From assembly GCA_035530015.1 (NCBI GenBank), contig DATKVP010000280.1, positions 1-48,831 on the forward strand: a stretch of 48,831 bases of DNA, written 5' to 3'. Positions 25,329 through 35,572 of the stretch are shown piece after piece. A program made the translations under genes and the position numbers. Every line of letters begins with the position of its first letter. Position 1 is the stretch's first letter. The DNA is from Anaerolineae bacterium (lineage in GTDB: Bacteria; Chloroflexota; Anaerolineae; UBA7937; B3-Chlor). Below the pieces are notes generated by a model. The model was given only the letters and a program-made list of their open reading frames with translations. It did not search any database and had not been told where the DNA came from.

Positions 25329-25882
25329 TGGCCGCCGGGGCAGTTCTTGGGTTGATCCTGCCGCTGGTTTATCAGGCGATCAGTGGGCAGAAGCAGAAAG
25401 AGCAGAACATGATGAGTCAGGCCACTGCCATGAACCAGGACCAGATGAGCCAGAACCAGCCACTGACGCTCGAAGGCATTCCCGTGCCCCAGGCTCAGGA
25501 AGCACAGGGTACGCTGGAGGACGTGTCGAAGAGCGCGTACAACAGGAAGATTGCCACGTTCGACAAGCAGATTGAAGTTACCGAGGAAGCACCGATGGTC
25601 GAACAGCTTCCGCTTCCGATCGAGGACTCTCCGCTGCAACAGGGCGCTGGGTACGACTCAGCTCAGATCGCAGGATTCGACCCCACTGAACTCGCAATGG
25701 CGCAGGCCGAGGTGCCTCCAGGCACGATCCAACCGGAAAAGAAGAGCGGCATGACTGGCCTCGAGATGGCGCAGCTTGGGCTCGCGCTGGGGTCCATGAT
25801 GTTCCAGGGGCAGCCTGGACCTCGGCCACCGTCGCTCCCCGGAAACTCGTTCTCGCCGATGCGGCCGGTGTTTAGGGGGTAG
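25328..25882 (+). CDS. membrane-anchored protein (internal virion candidate)
   Basis: N-terminal TMD AAGAVLGLILPLVYQAI. TAATG overlap with the upstream stop. Confidence 0.5.
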   Translation: MAAGAVLGLILPLVYQAISGQKQKEQNMMSQATAMNQDQMSQNQPLTLEGIPVPQAQEAQGTLEDVSKSAYNRKIATFDKQIEVTEEAPMVEQLPLPIEDSPLQQGAGYDSAQIAGFDPTELAMAQAEVPPGTIQPEKKSGMTGLEMAQLGLALGSMMFQGQPGPRPPSLPGNSFSPMRPVFRG

Positions 25883-25884
25883 AT

Positions 25885-26886
25885 ATGAAATTTCAGGATC
25901 TCCTGCCGGCGATCGGAGGCTTCGCTGCTGGGGCGATAAGCCCGCAGACCGGCAAGGCCGGCGTCGCCACGCTCGACATGATGACCAACATGAAGGACCG
26001 GAGACGCCAGAGGGAGATGGCCGACGAGAGGATGGACATGTCCCGCAGGTCGGAGGGCAGGTCGGAGCAGAGCTTCGAGTGGGCCAAGGCCAACAACCTC
26101 TATACCGCGAAGCAGCGTGAGGACGACGAGCACGAGAGGGCCATGGCGCGAAACGCAGCGGCCAAGGCCATGGAGAGCTTCAAGGGTTCCGCGTACCCAG
26201 AGTACTTCAACGACGAACTCATGGGAGCTGAAACGCGCGCACAGGTTGGGCAAATATCGACAAAGATCCACAACTTCGTCAGCAACACCCCCATGAGTCA
26301 GAAGGCCGCGGACGAGTACGCCGCCCAGCTTGGACCAGGTGAGATCGCTTACGTCACCGTCAGAGCCGAAAACGGGCAGCTCGTTCGCCAGGGTCTTCGC
26401 AACCCGAAGTACCCGTACAATCAGCGCTCAACTGAGCCTGGGCAACTCGGGTCACTCGAGGCGATCACCGACGTAAGTGACGCGATGACCGGATACGAGA
26501 ACGCTCAGATCACGTTTGCAGGTCAGCAGAAGGAGGCGCTGGACAAGGCTCACGAGGACATCCCAGACGCGACGATGTGGGGTAGTCCAGAGTACGAGGG
26601 TCAGATCGCTAAAGCCGGTGGCGGACCAATCAAAGTTCCTAGATCCAGCACTGCCACTCAACGCGGCAAGGTCCGTGACGCTGAAGCTGACGTCCAGTCG
26701 GCCATTGCAGATGTACACAAGTACTTTGCGGCATACCCTGAACTCAGACAGCAGATCATGGCAGCGCTGGCCCAGACGCTCGGCGACCAGGCCGCCGCCG
26801 CTCCCGCCGCTGCTCCGGCTGCTGGTTCCGGCCAGCCAGGCGGGGTAGTACAATCGCTGGTGGAGAGATACAACAACCAGCCGTAG
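25885..26886 (+). CDS. hypothetical protein (internal virion candidate)
   Basis: 333 aa, charged and helical, with an Ala/Pro-rich C-terminus. No motif recognised. Confidence 0.5.
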   Translation: MKFQDLLPAIGGFAAGAISPQTGKAGVATLDMMTNMKDRRRQREMADERMDMSRRSEGRSEQSFEWAKANNLYTAKQREDDEHERAMARNAAAKAMESFKGSAYPEYFNDELMGAETRAQVGQISTKIHNFVSNTPMSQKAADEYAAQLGPGEIAYVTVRAENGQLVRQGLRNPKYPYNQRSTEPGQLGSLEAITDVSDAMTGYENAQITFAGQQKEALDKAHEDIPDATMWGSPEYEGQIAKAGGGPIKVPRSSTATQRGKVRDAEADVQSAIADVHKYFAAYPELRQQIMAALAQTLGDQAAAAPAAAPAAGSGQPGGVVQSLVERYNNQP

Positions 26887-26895
26887 GGAGTGAAC

Positions 26896-29800
26896 ATGCC
26901 GGACTTCAAGGGACTCTTCTCAGACCCAGAGTTCTACCAACTCAACGACGATGAGAGGACGCAGGCCTATCAGCAGCTCGCGGCCAGCGCGCCGGACATG
27001 CAGGACCTGTCCCCAGAGCAGCACAACCAGTTCTTCCGTGAGATGGTGCGCCTCAACGCTCCACAACAGCAGCAGATGCGCCTGTCCGGCGGGGAGATCG
27101 AGCGCATCACCGGGCAGCCAACGGACGTGGAACCCATGGTCGTGCGCGACGAGCGCCTGCTGGCCCCGCAGATACCGGAGGGCGTCGGAGCGCCGGAGGA
27201 GCAGCTCCCACAGACTGACATCGGCCGGGGGATGCTCAAGGGCGCGGAGCAGGTGGCACAGAGCGCCTACGATACCAACGCCCTGCTGGGCGCGCTCGGC
27301 GTAGCGCCGCGCACCGCTGGCGCAGAGGCGGGGCGTGTGGCTCAGGGCGTAAGCCAGATGGCCGGTCAAGTGCCGGACCCGGAGGGGCTGCTCGGTCAGA
27401 TCGCGCAGCACGGGTCGCTGACGGCCATGATGATGCTCGCCACGGCTCCAGCAATGGCCGCGGGAGGCGTCGGAGGCATCTCCGCGGCCGGGGCAGGCAG
27501 CGGAGGCCTGGAAGCGCTCATGGAGGCCGGTGGGGTCTTCAATCAGCTCAAACAGCAGGGCATGTCGGAGGAGGAAGCGCTGTCCAAGGCCGGTGATGAC
27601 TTCGTGAAGCAGGCCATGCTGCTGATCGGGACCGAGGCCGCCCAGGCTGGCATCCTCGGGAAGCTCGGTAAGGACGGCGTCAAGATCGCCAAGGAGATCA
27701 TCGAGCGAGCTGGGTCGAAGGTCGGCAGGAGGGCCGTGCTGGAGACCGGCAAGGCACTCGCCGGGGGAGCCGGAGTATGGGAGCTGAACCGGCAGTTCGA
27801 GGGCGCACAGGAGTGGCTCCAGGAGGGCATCAACCAGTCGGTCATGGAGACAGCCGGGATGTTCGACAACACGGAGCAGCAGAAGGAGGCCTACAAGGTT
27901 GGGAAGCTCATCGGCGGCGTGTTCGGGTTCGTCCCGGCGGCGGCCGGTGCCGCCATTGGTGTGGCAGAGGCACCAGGCGCGGCCATCCAGGGCGCGAAGA
28001 CCGTGAGGGCCGCGGAGCAGATCGGGAAGATCCGGGACATCATCGCCAACCCGGAGGAGGCGGCGCGAGAGGGCAAGATCGAGCTTACGAGGCCCCAGGG
28101 ACCAGATCCCAAGGAGGCCCGCTTCCGGGCTACCGAGACGCTGGACTACCTGACGACAGAGGAGCGCCAGACGTTCGCCCTCGGTGAGCAGCCACTGGAC
28201 GTGGAGGAGATCGCACGGCGCACCGAGCGCCCGGTGGAGGAAGTCAAGGGCGAGATCGACACGCTCGACCAGGCCGCGCAGGATCTCATCAGCCCGCCGC
28301 GGCAGCCGGCCCAGCCGGCCCCCGAGCACGAGGCTGTTCTCCGGGCCATATCTGACGGCATCGAAAAGACAGCGCAGGAGGCGGAGGCCATCGGGCAGCC
28401 CGAGCTGGCGGCAGATCGGCGCGCCAGGATCGGCAAGGTCCAGATTGTTGAGCCGCAAAATCTCTTCGAGCGCGGCGCGGTTGGAGTTGCGAAGATCGGT
28501 CGAAGCGACCGCAGGGTCGTTCTCTTCACACAGCCGCGTATCGAGGGTGAGCCGGTACACGGCGGCGTCTTCGTGAAACCTGGGCTCATCGCGATCGACG
28601 TAAGCGACGGGATCGCTCCGAGGGCCATCATCGGGACAATCTTCCACGAGGTGGTTCACGACGCGAAGGTCAGCAACCCGGAGCTGTACGCTGGCGTCAT
28701 GGAGGCCATCAAGGGCACACCACTGTGGCAGAAGTCGGAAGACACCCTCCTGGGCGAGGTCAACGACGATGAGATCTTCGCGCACGTCATGGAGCAGTCG
28801 CACGTCGCCACCGACGTCCTGTACGCGCTGGCGAACTACGCTGCCGTTGAGGACATGGCCAAGGCACCGAGCAGGGTTCGGGCCGTCATCGAGTACCTCA
28901 CTGGGCTGTTTCGAGCTGTCGCCGGCAAGCTGAGGTTGACCTCGGACCTGGACGGCAAGAACCTGAAGCAGATGAAGCGCATCAGTGCGCTGTTCGCAGA
29001 CCCAGAGACAAAACGAAACGCGGCCAAGGCGATCCTGGAGCTGACCGACATGCTCAAGGCCGCGCCACAGGAGGCACAGGGTGAGGTAACGGAGGGACCG
29101 CAGTTCTCGCGGACGTTCTCACAGCTTCGTCAGGACGAGGGGATAACTCCACGGGGGCTGGACTCCATCAGCACGGAGACGAAGCGCTTCTTTGAGGTCA
29201 AGGAAAGCCTATTCAAAGACCTGCGTAAGGCCGGCGTTCCATCGGACGAGGCCTACGAGAGGGCGGCCGAGGGTGCCGACACGTGGGTGCGGAAGAACAT
29301 GAAGATCCTTGACGAGGAGGACCTAGACGACGAGCAGAAGATGCTCGTGGACTACGCCCAGGGTCTCGGAGTGCAGGTCAACTTCTACGAGGGCGGACAC
29401 AAGATGGCCGGAGGCCACTTCATGACCGAGGGGCAGATCTGGATCAACAACGGCACGAAGACACTGTGGACGTTCCGGCAGCTCGTGGCGCACGAGATGA
29501 TGCACGACTTCAAGCGCAGACACCCGGCGCTCTGGCGCAAGATTTTAAGCAAGGCGATCGAGCTTATGCCGGAGGAGTGGAAGGCCACCAGAGAGGAGGT
29601 TCTCAAGCTCGACTCTTACAAGATGCTTACTGGTGACAAGCTCGACAACGAGGTGTTGGCGTTCCTGATCCACAACAACGCAAACGATTTTTGGGGCGCT
29701 GTCCTGAAGGCCGGCAGCGAGGAGAACGCCCCGGTTGCGTTCAGGCGTTTCTTCACGTGGGTCGGCGAGTTTGTCAAGAAGCTCAGTGGACCCATGTTTG

Positions 29801-32800
29801 AGTGGGCAAAGAGCGTCGGCATCATCGGCATCGCTACTGACATGACGTCCCCCTCGGAGCAGTTGGGGCGCTTCGTTGTCGAGCAGTTTACAAGGGGGAC
29901 GGTGAAGGACGGAGAGTACCAGGTCTACAACCCGCAGGCGCACGAGAAGCGTGTCGCCGAGAAGAAAGCGACCATGAAGAAGGCAATCACACAACAACTC
30001 TCTCGGCATGCGCCGCTTGCGAAGCGATTCGCAGCAGACCTGGAAAGAGGCATCGTCCCTGAGCAGCCTGAGCAGATCCCGCTGTTCTCCACAGAGCGTG
30101 TGGGTTACCCGCCGCTGGCACAGACCCCCGCTGAGCTACGCACGTGGCGCGCCAAGCTCGCGAAGATGGTCTGGCGCGGAGTCAAGGGCAAGATGTGGTA
30201 CGAGCTGTCGGCCGCGGCAATACTCCAGATGTCCGGCGGGAACCTCGAGACGGCACGTAAGTTCACTAGACTGGTTGCCGTCTACTCACCCCAGACCGGC
30301 GTGATGACCAACTGGCACCGCGCACTTACAGCCTGGCAGCGATACATGGCTGGATACTCCAAGAGCGACTTTCTCAAAGAGCGACTCGGTAACGATGACA
30401 ACCACCAGAAGGCCGCGGCCATCCTCTACGACGACGCAGCGTGGGACGGGGAGAAGACCAACAGCTTCTTCAGTAACCTGTTCACCCTGCTCGACTCTGA
30501 GGTACCGGACCGCGCCACCATCGACCTGTGGATGATGCGGGCAATGGGGTTCTCAGGGGACGCTCCAAGCCCCACACAGTACAGGGCCATGGAGAAGGAA
30601 GTGAAGCGCCTGGCCAAGAAGCTCGACGTCGAGACGCACCAGGCTCAGGCCATGATCTGGGTCTACGCCAAGTCGGTGTGGGAAAGCAAGGAAGTGAAGG
30701 AGGCCGCGTACGCTGAAGCGGCGAAGCGGGACATGACCACACACGTGCCCAAGGTCGCCAACGGGAAGATCGTGAAGGACAAGCGCGGCAAGGTCATGAT
30801 GACCTCCACGCCTGAGTTCGAGGCGCTGTACAGGGGGACGTTCAACGCTGCGGTCAAGCGGGACCTCGGAGCCGACGTGACGCTGTACCCGATCTCAGAG
30901 CAGTCCATGACGACGTTCGCGACTGGGTTGGAACGCCGAGTGGCGACGATCTCCATGGAGGCCATCCCCGGCGTGGGGTGGTTCAAGAATCTGTCCAGCG
31001 CAGACATATCAACCAAGGTCTGGTTCACGCTTGGAGTTGAGCAGGCGCTCGTGGACGAGGTCGGCGACATCATCGGTCAGGAGATGGGCATCAGCCCGGT
31101 CGCGGACATCAACATGATGCTGCTTGGCAACTCCGCGTACTACGACGGTGGACGCATTCAGGTCAATCCGAGTAGACAGATCAAGGTCCCGGCGGCCGCC
31201 AAGGGCGGTGCCGAGAGCAGCTACATGTGGGACGCGGCCAGCAAGGACCAGGTCACGCTGTACGCCGTCATCCGAGGGATGCTCACGGGCCAGGAATCGG
31301 TCGCCGGCTACCGCAGGTTCGATCAGAACCCGGTGGTCGAAGAGCGCAACATGGCCGAACTGAGGATTGGAAATCGTCTGAGCTACGACCAACAGACGGA
31401 GCTGGTGGAGAAACTCACGAACGTCGTGAAGAGCCGCAGTGGGAAGCTCCAGGGGTGGGAGGTGGCGCTGTACCCAACTGAAGACGGCGTGGCGTTCATG
31501 AACACCACCGCGGCCAACATGACCAACCTCGAGTTCCATGACGTGGTCAAGGAGACCATCAGTGAGCTGAGTTTCAAGAAGGGTGCTAAAATGAGCACCT
31601 GGGCCGCGGACACGTTCTACGTGGAGGCCGAAAACGACACAGGGGAGGTAGACACCTATGGGCAAATCATCGCAGGGAGAACGGACATACTCAGAAGGGT
31701 GGAGGATCGGGTCGCCGATAAACTCTCGAAGCACTATCTTGCAGCGCAGGACAGGGGACTCGGAGACGCCCCAGAGTGGGCCGTTGCCTACAGAGACACG
31801 GAAACGACTCTTCGACGAGATGCTAAAAGCTACACGCACTACTGGCACTTCTCGGTCGCGGACGTAACCGATGAAGGTATCAAGCGAGATTTTGCGGGAA
31901 CTGGAGCCACTGGCCAAGAGGGACAACGTTTTCGTTTTGATCCGAATACCGGAAAGCTGGATCCAGAGAGTGCTGTTATCCATCTGTACCTGCCTACCGC
32001 ACGCGCTGAGGCGGCGGTTGTATCCAAGGCTTCGTTTATCAACAAGGTTATTGCCGATCTCCGCCTTATTCCCACCGACAGCGCAGGACTAGGTGACCTA
32101 TATCGTAAACACAACGGCGACGCCGTGGCCGTGGCTACTGAGCTACGGTCCATGGGCTACGACGGTATCGTGGACGTGGACCGAGGGATGGTGCAGGTCA
32201 ACCGCGACATCGACGTGTCTGAACTGGGAGAAGGACACGAGCTGACACCGAAGGAGCGACGCGCGTGGAAGGGCGCTCTGAGGCTGGAGGATATGGAGGA
32301 GGGCGAGAGCTATGACCACATCCGAGTCCCCCGTGTCCAGGAACTGAAGCGCGCTGACGTGGAGCATGTTGCCTCTCGGTTGACCGACGACGGTGTGGCG
32401 TACTTCCCCAAGGGCACCAATGAGCGCATGGTCAAGCAGTACTTTGACGAGGTGAGGTCAACGTCTGTTGGCCTCGTGGCCACGAAACCGAGGCGTCCGC
32501 AGTTCTCCACCAGCATCGTAGACCAGCACCAGGTCCCCGTCGGAGACATGAACGTCGTAGACGACGAGGTTGCGTACGGCACGCGGTACGCCACGCAGTC
32601 CGGCCCCGGCTGGAGCCTGCCTGGCATGGACCGATGGGACTGGTTCGTAAAATGGGCACAGGACAGTCTCGTTCAATTCAAACGCTTAAATGATGTGTTC
32701 ACGGACCACGGAATCGAGATCGGTGAGGAGATCAACGTCCGTCTGGCCGAGGAGCTGTACCACGGCAAGGTACAGGAGGCCACGAAGCGCATCGACGAGA

Positions 32801-35424
32801 AGTACCAGCAGCCACTACTGAGAGCCCTGCGAGCGCTTTCCAAGAGCAGGGCTGAGACGGAAGCAGATCTGCTCGCCAAGTTCGACCTGTACCTCCACGC
32901 GCGCCACGCGTCCGAGCGCAACGCGCACATCAGGGAGGTGTGGCACACCCGCAAGCTGGAGCAGGCGCAGTTCCACAAGAACAAGATCCAGGACAAGCTT
33001 GCGATCTACAAAGATGAGCTGAAGGACGCCGAGGGTAAGCTGCACAAGAAGCGCCTGGAGAACGCCATCAAGTTCTGGGAGATGCGGCTGGTCTCCGCCG
33101 AGCGCACCATCGAGACGATCGTCAACCAAAAGGACCTCGACTCCGGCATGAGCAACGCCGAGGCGATCGGTGTCTTCCAAAGCACGCGCATAGATGGGCT
33201 CGACAAGAGGTTCAGTGAGCTGGCACGACAGTACGTGGACACGATGCTCAAGGAGCGCCTGGACGCGCTGTACAGTGAGGGCCTGGTTGACGAGAAGACC
33301 TACAAGGCCGTGGCCAAGTACAAGCACTACGTGCCGCTGAAGGGCAAGTTCATTGAGGGTGACCTCGAGGAAATGATCGAGATGTACCACGCGTCTTCGT
33401 CTGGGTTCGACATCCGCGGCGCTGAGCTGCCGTTCGTCACCGGCCGGGAGAAGGGCAGCAAGATCAACCCGATCCTCGCGCAGGCGTTCGTGGACACCCT
33501 GTCCGCCACTGACCGCATCGAGCGCAACCGAGTGGCTGTGGCGCTGCTCGGGCTGGCCGAGGAGCACCCAAACCAGAACCTCTGGGAGGTCAACAAGACC
33601 GTCAAGAAGAGGATCTTCGACAAGAAGACCGGTACAGTCAAGGAGGTCGAGGACTGGTTCGCTCGCAACGAGGCCAACGTCATCGCCGCCAAGCGTGACG
33701 GGCAGACGTACTACGTGACCCTGAAAGATCGTGGCCTGGCTGAGGCCATGAAGGGGCTCGGTATCGAGAACCTCTGGAAGTGGGTGCGTGGAGTGCGTGT
33801 CGTCATGCGTACGCTGGCCCAGCTCTACACCACGTGGAACCCCGACTTCATCCTGACGAACTTCGCCCGTGACTGGCAGCAGGCGATCGTCAGCTCCACG
33901 ACTGACATGGGCTCGAAGGCCGCAGTTGAGGTCTCCAAGGAGGCGTTCAAGGCCGTGCGTGGCATCCTCGCAGCCAACTTCCCAGACGCCCTTGGGAAGC
34001 TGACCAACGAGTACACTGCCGAGTACCACGAGCTGAAGGAAGCCGGCGGCAAGGTGGGGTTCTTCGGGATGCGTGGTATCGACGACATGCAGCGGGCCAT
34101 CATCAACGACATGAAATCAGGGCACCAGGCGGCCACAATGCGCGGTCTCCGCAGGATCGGCAACTACATCGGGTCAATCAACGAGGCCACCGAGAACGGC
34201 ATCCGGCTCGCCACGTACGTGGTGGCCAAGCGACACGGTGCGACCAGGGCGCAGGCCGCGAGCCTGGCCAAGAACGTGTCGGTGAACTTCAACCGGCGTG
34301 GTGACGTTGGTGGTGCGATCGGCGCTGGGTACCTGTTCTTCAACGCTGGGGTGCAGGGCGTAGACAGGTTCTGGAAGTCGATGAAGACCCCCAGCGGCCA
34401 GAAGCTCGCCGCGATGTACCTGGGGATCGGCTTCATGACGGCAGTGTGGTCGCGTGCCACCATGGGTGACGACGACGACGGAGAGCCCAGGTACGACAAG
34501 ATTTCAAACTTCACCAAGATGAGGAACTGGATCATCGGCATCCCAGGCACCGACGGTGAGTTCGTACAGATCCCGATGCCATACGGTTTTGGAGTGTGGG
34601 GTCAGCTCGGAAAGGAGCTGGAGCATCTGATCTTCTCAGGAGACGATCGGCTAGAGGCGGCCGGTGAGGCCGCGCTGCGAATGCTCTCCGGGCTGACCAC
34701 GCATTTCTCTCCCATTGGTGAAACGAGCTTCGAGAACGGATGGTACGCCATGGCGCGGCCGATCATCCCCACACTGGCGGAGCCGTGGACCGACGTCCTC
34801 GCGAACGAGACCTACTGGGGCGGCAAGATCTACCCGGCGAAAGCACCGTGGGACAACCGTTCGGATTCAGCCAGGCACTACCCCGGCAGGACCGTGACCG
34901 AGCGGCTGATGATCGGAGCGACAAGCAAGCTGAACTACTGGACGGGTGGGAGCGAGTACCGCTCCGGCATCATAGACCTCAATCCCAACGCGCTGACGTA
35001 CATTCTCGATAGCTACATTGGCCCCACCGGGGGCTCCCTTAAACGTCCCATCAACCTCATCCAAAAGAAATGGGCGGGGGACGACACGACGTGGAACGAC
35101 TGGATCATCCTGCGCCGGTTCCTCGGCGAGACCGCACCACAGTACTACGTGCCCGGCGAGTTCTACGACGCCGTCGAGGACGTTACGTCCGCCGCAGACG
35201 AGCTGGAGTGGTACAAGAAGGGCAACGGCAGCCGCGACGACTACAGGAGGTGGAGCGACAGGCACGGGTGGAAGGTGGGGCTCGATAAAAGTTCTCGGCA
35301 AGCCCAGAAGGCGCTGCGTGAAATTCGGAAGTCCTCCTCGTTGAGCGACCAGGAAAAGCGGGACAGGTCGCTGGCGATACAGCGTGGTTTCATAAAGAGG
35401 TACTTGAACTCAGAGAAGCGCTAG
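26896..35424 (+). CDS. giant 2842-aa protein with two zincin-like HExxH modules (polyvalent / ejected virion protein candidate)
   Basis: Single uninterrupted ORF with GGGAG 5 nt before ATG 26896. HEVVH at 28645-28659 and HEMMH at 29491-29505 sit in similar contexts. Gly/Ala-rich hydrophobic N-terminal segments. A terminator follows. Confidence 0.8.
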   Translation: MPDFKGLFSDPEFYQLNDDERTQAYQQLAASAPDMQDLSPEQHNQFFREMVRLNAPQQQQMRLSGGEIERITGQPTDVEPMVVRDERLLAPQIPEGVGAPEEQLPQTDIGRGMLKGAEQVAQSAYDTNALLGALGVAPRTAGAEAGRVAQGVSQMAGQVPDPEGLLGQIAQHGSLTAMMMLATAPAMAAGGVGGISAAGAGSGGLEALMEAGGVFNQLKQQGMSEEEALSKAGDDFVKQAMLLIGTEAAQAGILGKLGKDGVKIAKEIIERAGSKVGRRAVLETGKALAGGAGVWELNRQFEGAQEWLQEGINQSVMETAGMFDNTEQQKEAYKVGKLIGGVFGFVPAAAGAAIGVAEAPGAAIQGAKTVRAAEQIGKIRDIIANPEEAAREGKIELTRPQGPDPKEARFRATETLDYLTTEERQTFALGEQPLDVEEIARRTERPVEEVKGEIDTLDQAAQDLISPPRQPAQPAPEHEAVLRAISDGIEKTAQEAEAIGQPELAADRRARIGKVQIVEPQNLFERGAVGVAKIGRSDRRVVLFTQPRIEGEPVHGGVFVKPGLIAIDVSDGIAPRAIIGTIFHEVVHDAKVSNPELYAGVMEAIKGTPLWQKSEDTLLGEVNDDEIFAHVMEQSHVATDVLYALANYAAVEDMAKAPSRVRAVIEYLTGLFRAVAGKLRLTSDLDGKNLKQMKRISALFADPETKRNAAKAILELTDMLKAAPQEAQGEVTEGPQFSRTFSQLRQDEGITPRGLDSISTETKRFFEVKESLFKDLRKAGVPSDEAYERAAEGADTWVRKNMKILDEEDLDDEQKMLVDYAQGLGVQVNFYEGGHKMAGGHFMTEGQIWINNGTKTLWTFRQLVAHEMMHDFKRRHPALWRKILSKAIELMPEEWKATREEVLKLDSYKMLTGDKLDNEVLAFLIHNNANDFWGAVLKAGSEENAPVAFRRFFTWVGEFVKKLSGPMFEWAKSVGIIGIATDMTSPSEQLGRFVVEQFTRGTVKDGEYQVYNPQAHEKRVAEKKATMKKAITQQLSRHAPLAKRFAADLERGIVPEQPEQIPLFSTERVGYPPLAQTPAELRTWRAKLAKMVWRGVKGKMWYELSAAAILQMSGGNLETARKFTRLVAVYSPQTGVMTNWHRALTAWQRYMAGYSKSDFLKERLGNDDNHQKAAAILYDDAAWDGEKTNSFFSNLFTLLDSEVPDRATIDLWMMRAMGFSGDAPSPTQYRAMEKEVKRLAKKLDVETHQAQAMIWVYAKSVWESKEVKEAAYAEAAKRDMTTHVPKVANGKIVKDKRGKVMMTSTPEFEALYRGTFNAAVKRDLGADVTLYPISEQSMTTFATGLERRVATISMEAIPGVGWFKNLSSADISTKVWFTLGVEQALVDEVGDIIGQEMGISPVADINMMLLGNSAYYDGGRIQVNPSRQIKVPAAAKGGAESSYMWDAASKDQVTLYAVIRGMLTGQESVAGYRRFDQNPVVEERNMAELRIGNRLSYDQQTELVEKLTNVVKSRSGKLQGWEVALYPTEDGVAFMNTTAANMTNLEFHDVVKETISELSFKKGAKMSTWAADTFYVEAENDTGEVDTYGQIIAGRTDILRRVEDRVADKLSKHYLAAQDRGLGDAPEWAVAYRDTETTLRRDAKSYTHYWHFSVADVTDEGIKRDFAGTGATGQEGQRFRFDPNTGKLDPESAVIHLYLPTARAEAAVVSKASFINKVIADLRLIPTDSAGLGDLYRKHNGDAVAVATELRSMGYDGIVDVDRGMVQVNRDIDVSELGEGHELTPKERRAWKGALRLEDMEEGESYDHIRVPRVQELKRADVEHVASRLTDDGVAYFPKGTNERMVKQYFDEVRSTSVGLVATKPRRPQFSTSIVDQHQVPVGDMNVVDDEVAYGTRYATQSGPGWSLPGMDRWDWFVKWAQDSLVQFKRLNDVFTDHGIEIGEEINVRLAEELYHGKVQEATKRIDEKYQQPLLRALRALSKSRAETEADLLAKFDLYLHARHASERNAHIREVWHTRKLEQAQFHKNKIQDKLAIYKDELKDAEGKLHKKRLENAIKFWEMRLVSAERTIETIVNQKDLDSGMSNAEAIGVFQSTRIDGLDKRFSELARQYVDTMLKERLDALYSEGLVDEKTYKAVAKYKHYVPLKGKFIEGDLEEMIEMYHASSSGFDIRGAELPFVTGREKGSKINPILAQAFVDTLSATDRIERNRVAVALLGLAEEHPNQNLWEVNKTVKKRIFDKKTGTVKEVEDWFARNEANVIAAKRDGQTYYVTLKDRGLAEAMKGLGIENLWKWVRGVRVVMRTLAQLYTTWNPDFILTNFARDWQQAIVSSTTDMGSKAAVEVSKEAFKAVRGILAANFPDALGKLTNEYTAEYHELKEAGGKVGFFGMRGIDDMQRAIINDMKSGHQAATMRGLRRIGNYIGSINEATENGIRLATYVVAKRHGATRAQAASLAKNVSVNFNRRGDVGGAIGAGYLFFNAGVQGVDRFWKSMKTPSGQKLAAMYLGIGFMTAVWSRATMGDDDDGEPRYDKISNFTKMRNWIIGIPGTDGEFVQIPMPYGFGVWGQLGKELEHLIFSGDDRLEAAGEAALRMLSGLTTHFSPIGETSFENGWYAMARPIIPTLAEPWTDVLANETYWGGKIYPAKAPWDNRSDSARHYPGRTVTERLMIGATSKLNYWTGGSEYRSGIIDLNPNALTYILDSYIGPTGGSLKRPINLIQKKWAGDDTTWNDWIILRRFLGETAPQYYVPGEFYDAVEDVTSAADELEWYKKGNGSRDDYRRWSDRHGWKVGLDKSSRQAQKALREIRKSSSLSDQEKRDRSLAIQRGFIKRYLNSEKR
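32454..32475. repeat. palindrome family copy 4: GAGGTCAACG-TC-TGTTGGCCTC
   Basis: Read directly. It lies inside the giant ORF and is translated as RSTSVGL. Confidence 0.85.
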
Positions 35425-35477
35425 GTCATACTAGCCGTGACCTCCTTTCTTCGAGGCCCGCAACGGGCCGCATTAAA

Positions 35478-35519
35478 GAGTCCCCCCGTCGAGTCTAACT
35501 CCGGGGGGCTCGCTTTTTT
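35478..35519 (+). terminator. rho-independent terminator after the giant gene
   Basis: GAGTCCCCCC / GGGGGGCTC stem followed by a T6 run (35514-35519). A second small hairpin GGCCCG-CAA-CGGGCC lies just upstream. Confidence 0.65.
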
Positions 35520-35522
35520 GGG

Positions 35523-35551
35523 TTGACACCAGTTGGTAAAGGTGAGACAAT
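35523..35551 (+). promoter_or_regulatory. candidate sigma70-like promoter for the replication/early arm
   Basis: TTGACA (35523-35528), 17-nt spacer, GACAAT (35546-35551). It lies directly after the terminator and before the SNF2 gene. Confidence 0.45.
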
Positions 35552-35572
35552 ATTAATGAAAGGAGATTGCAT

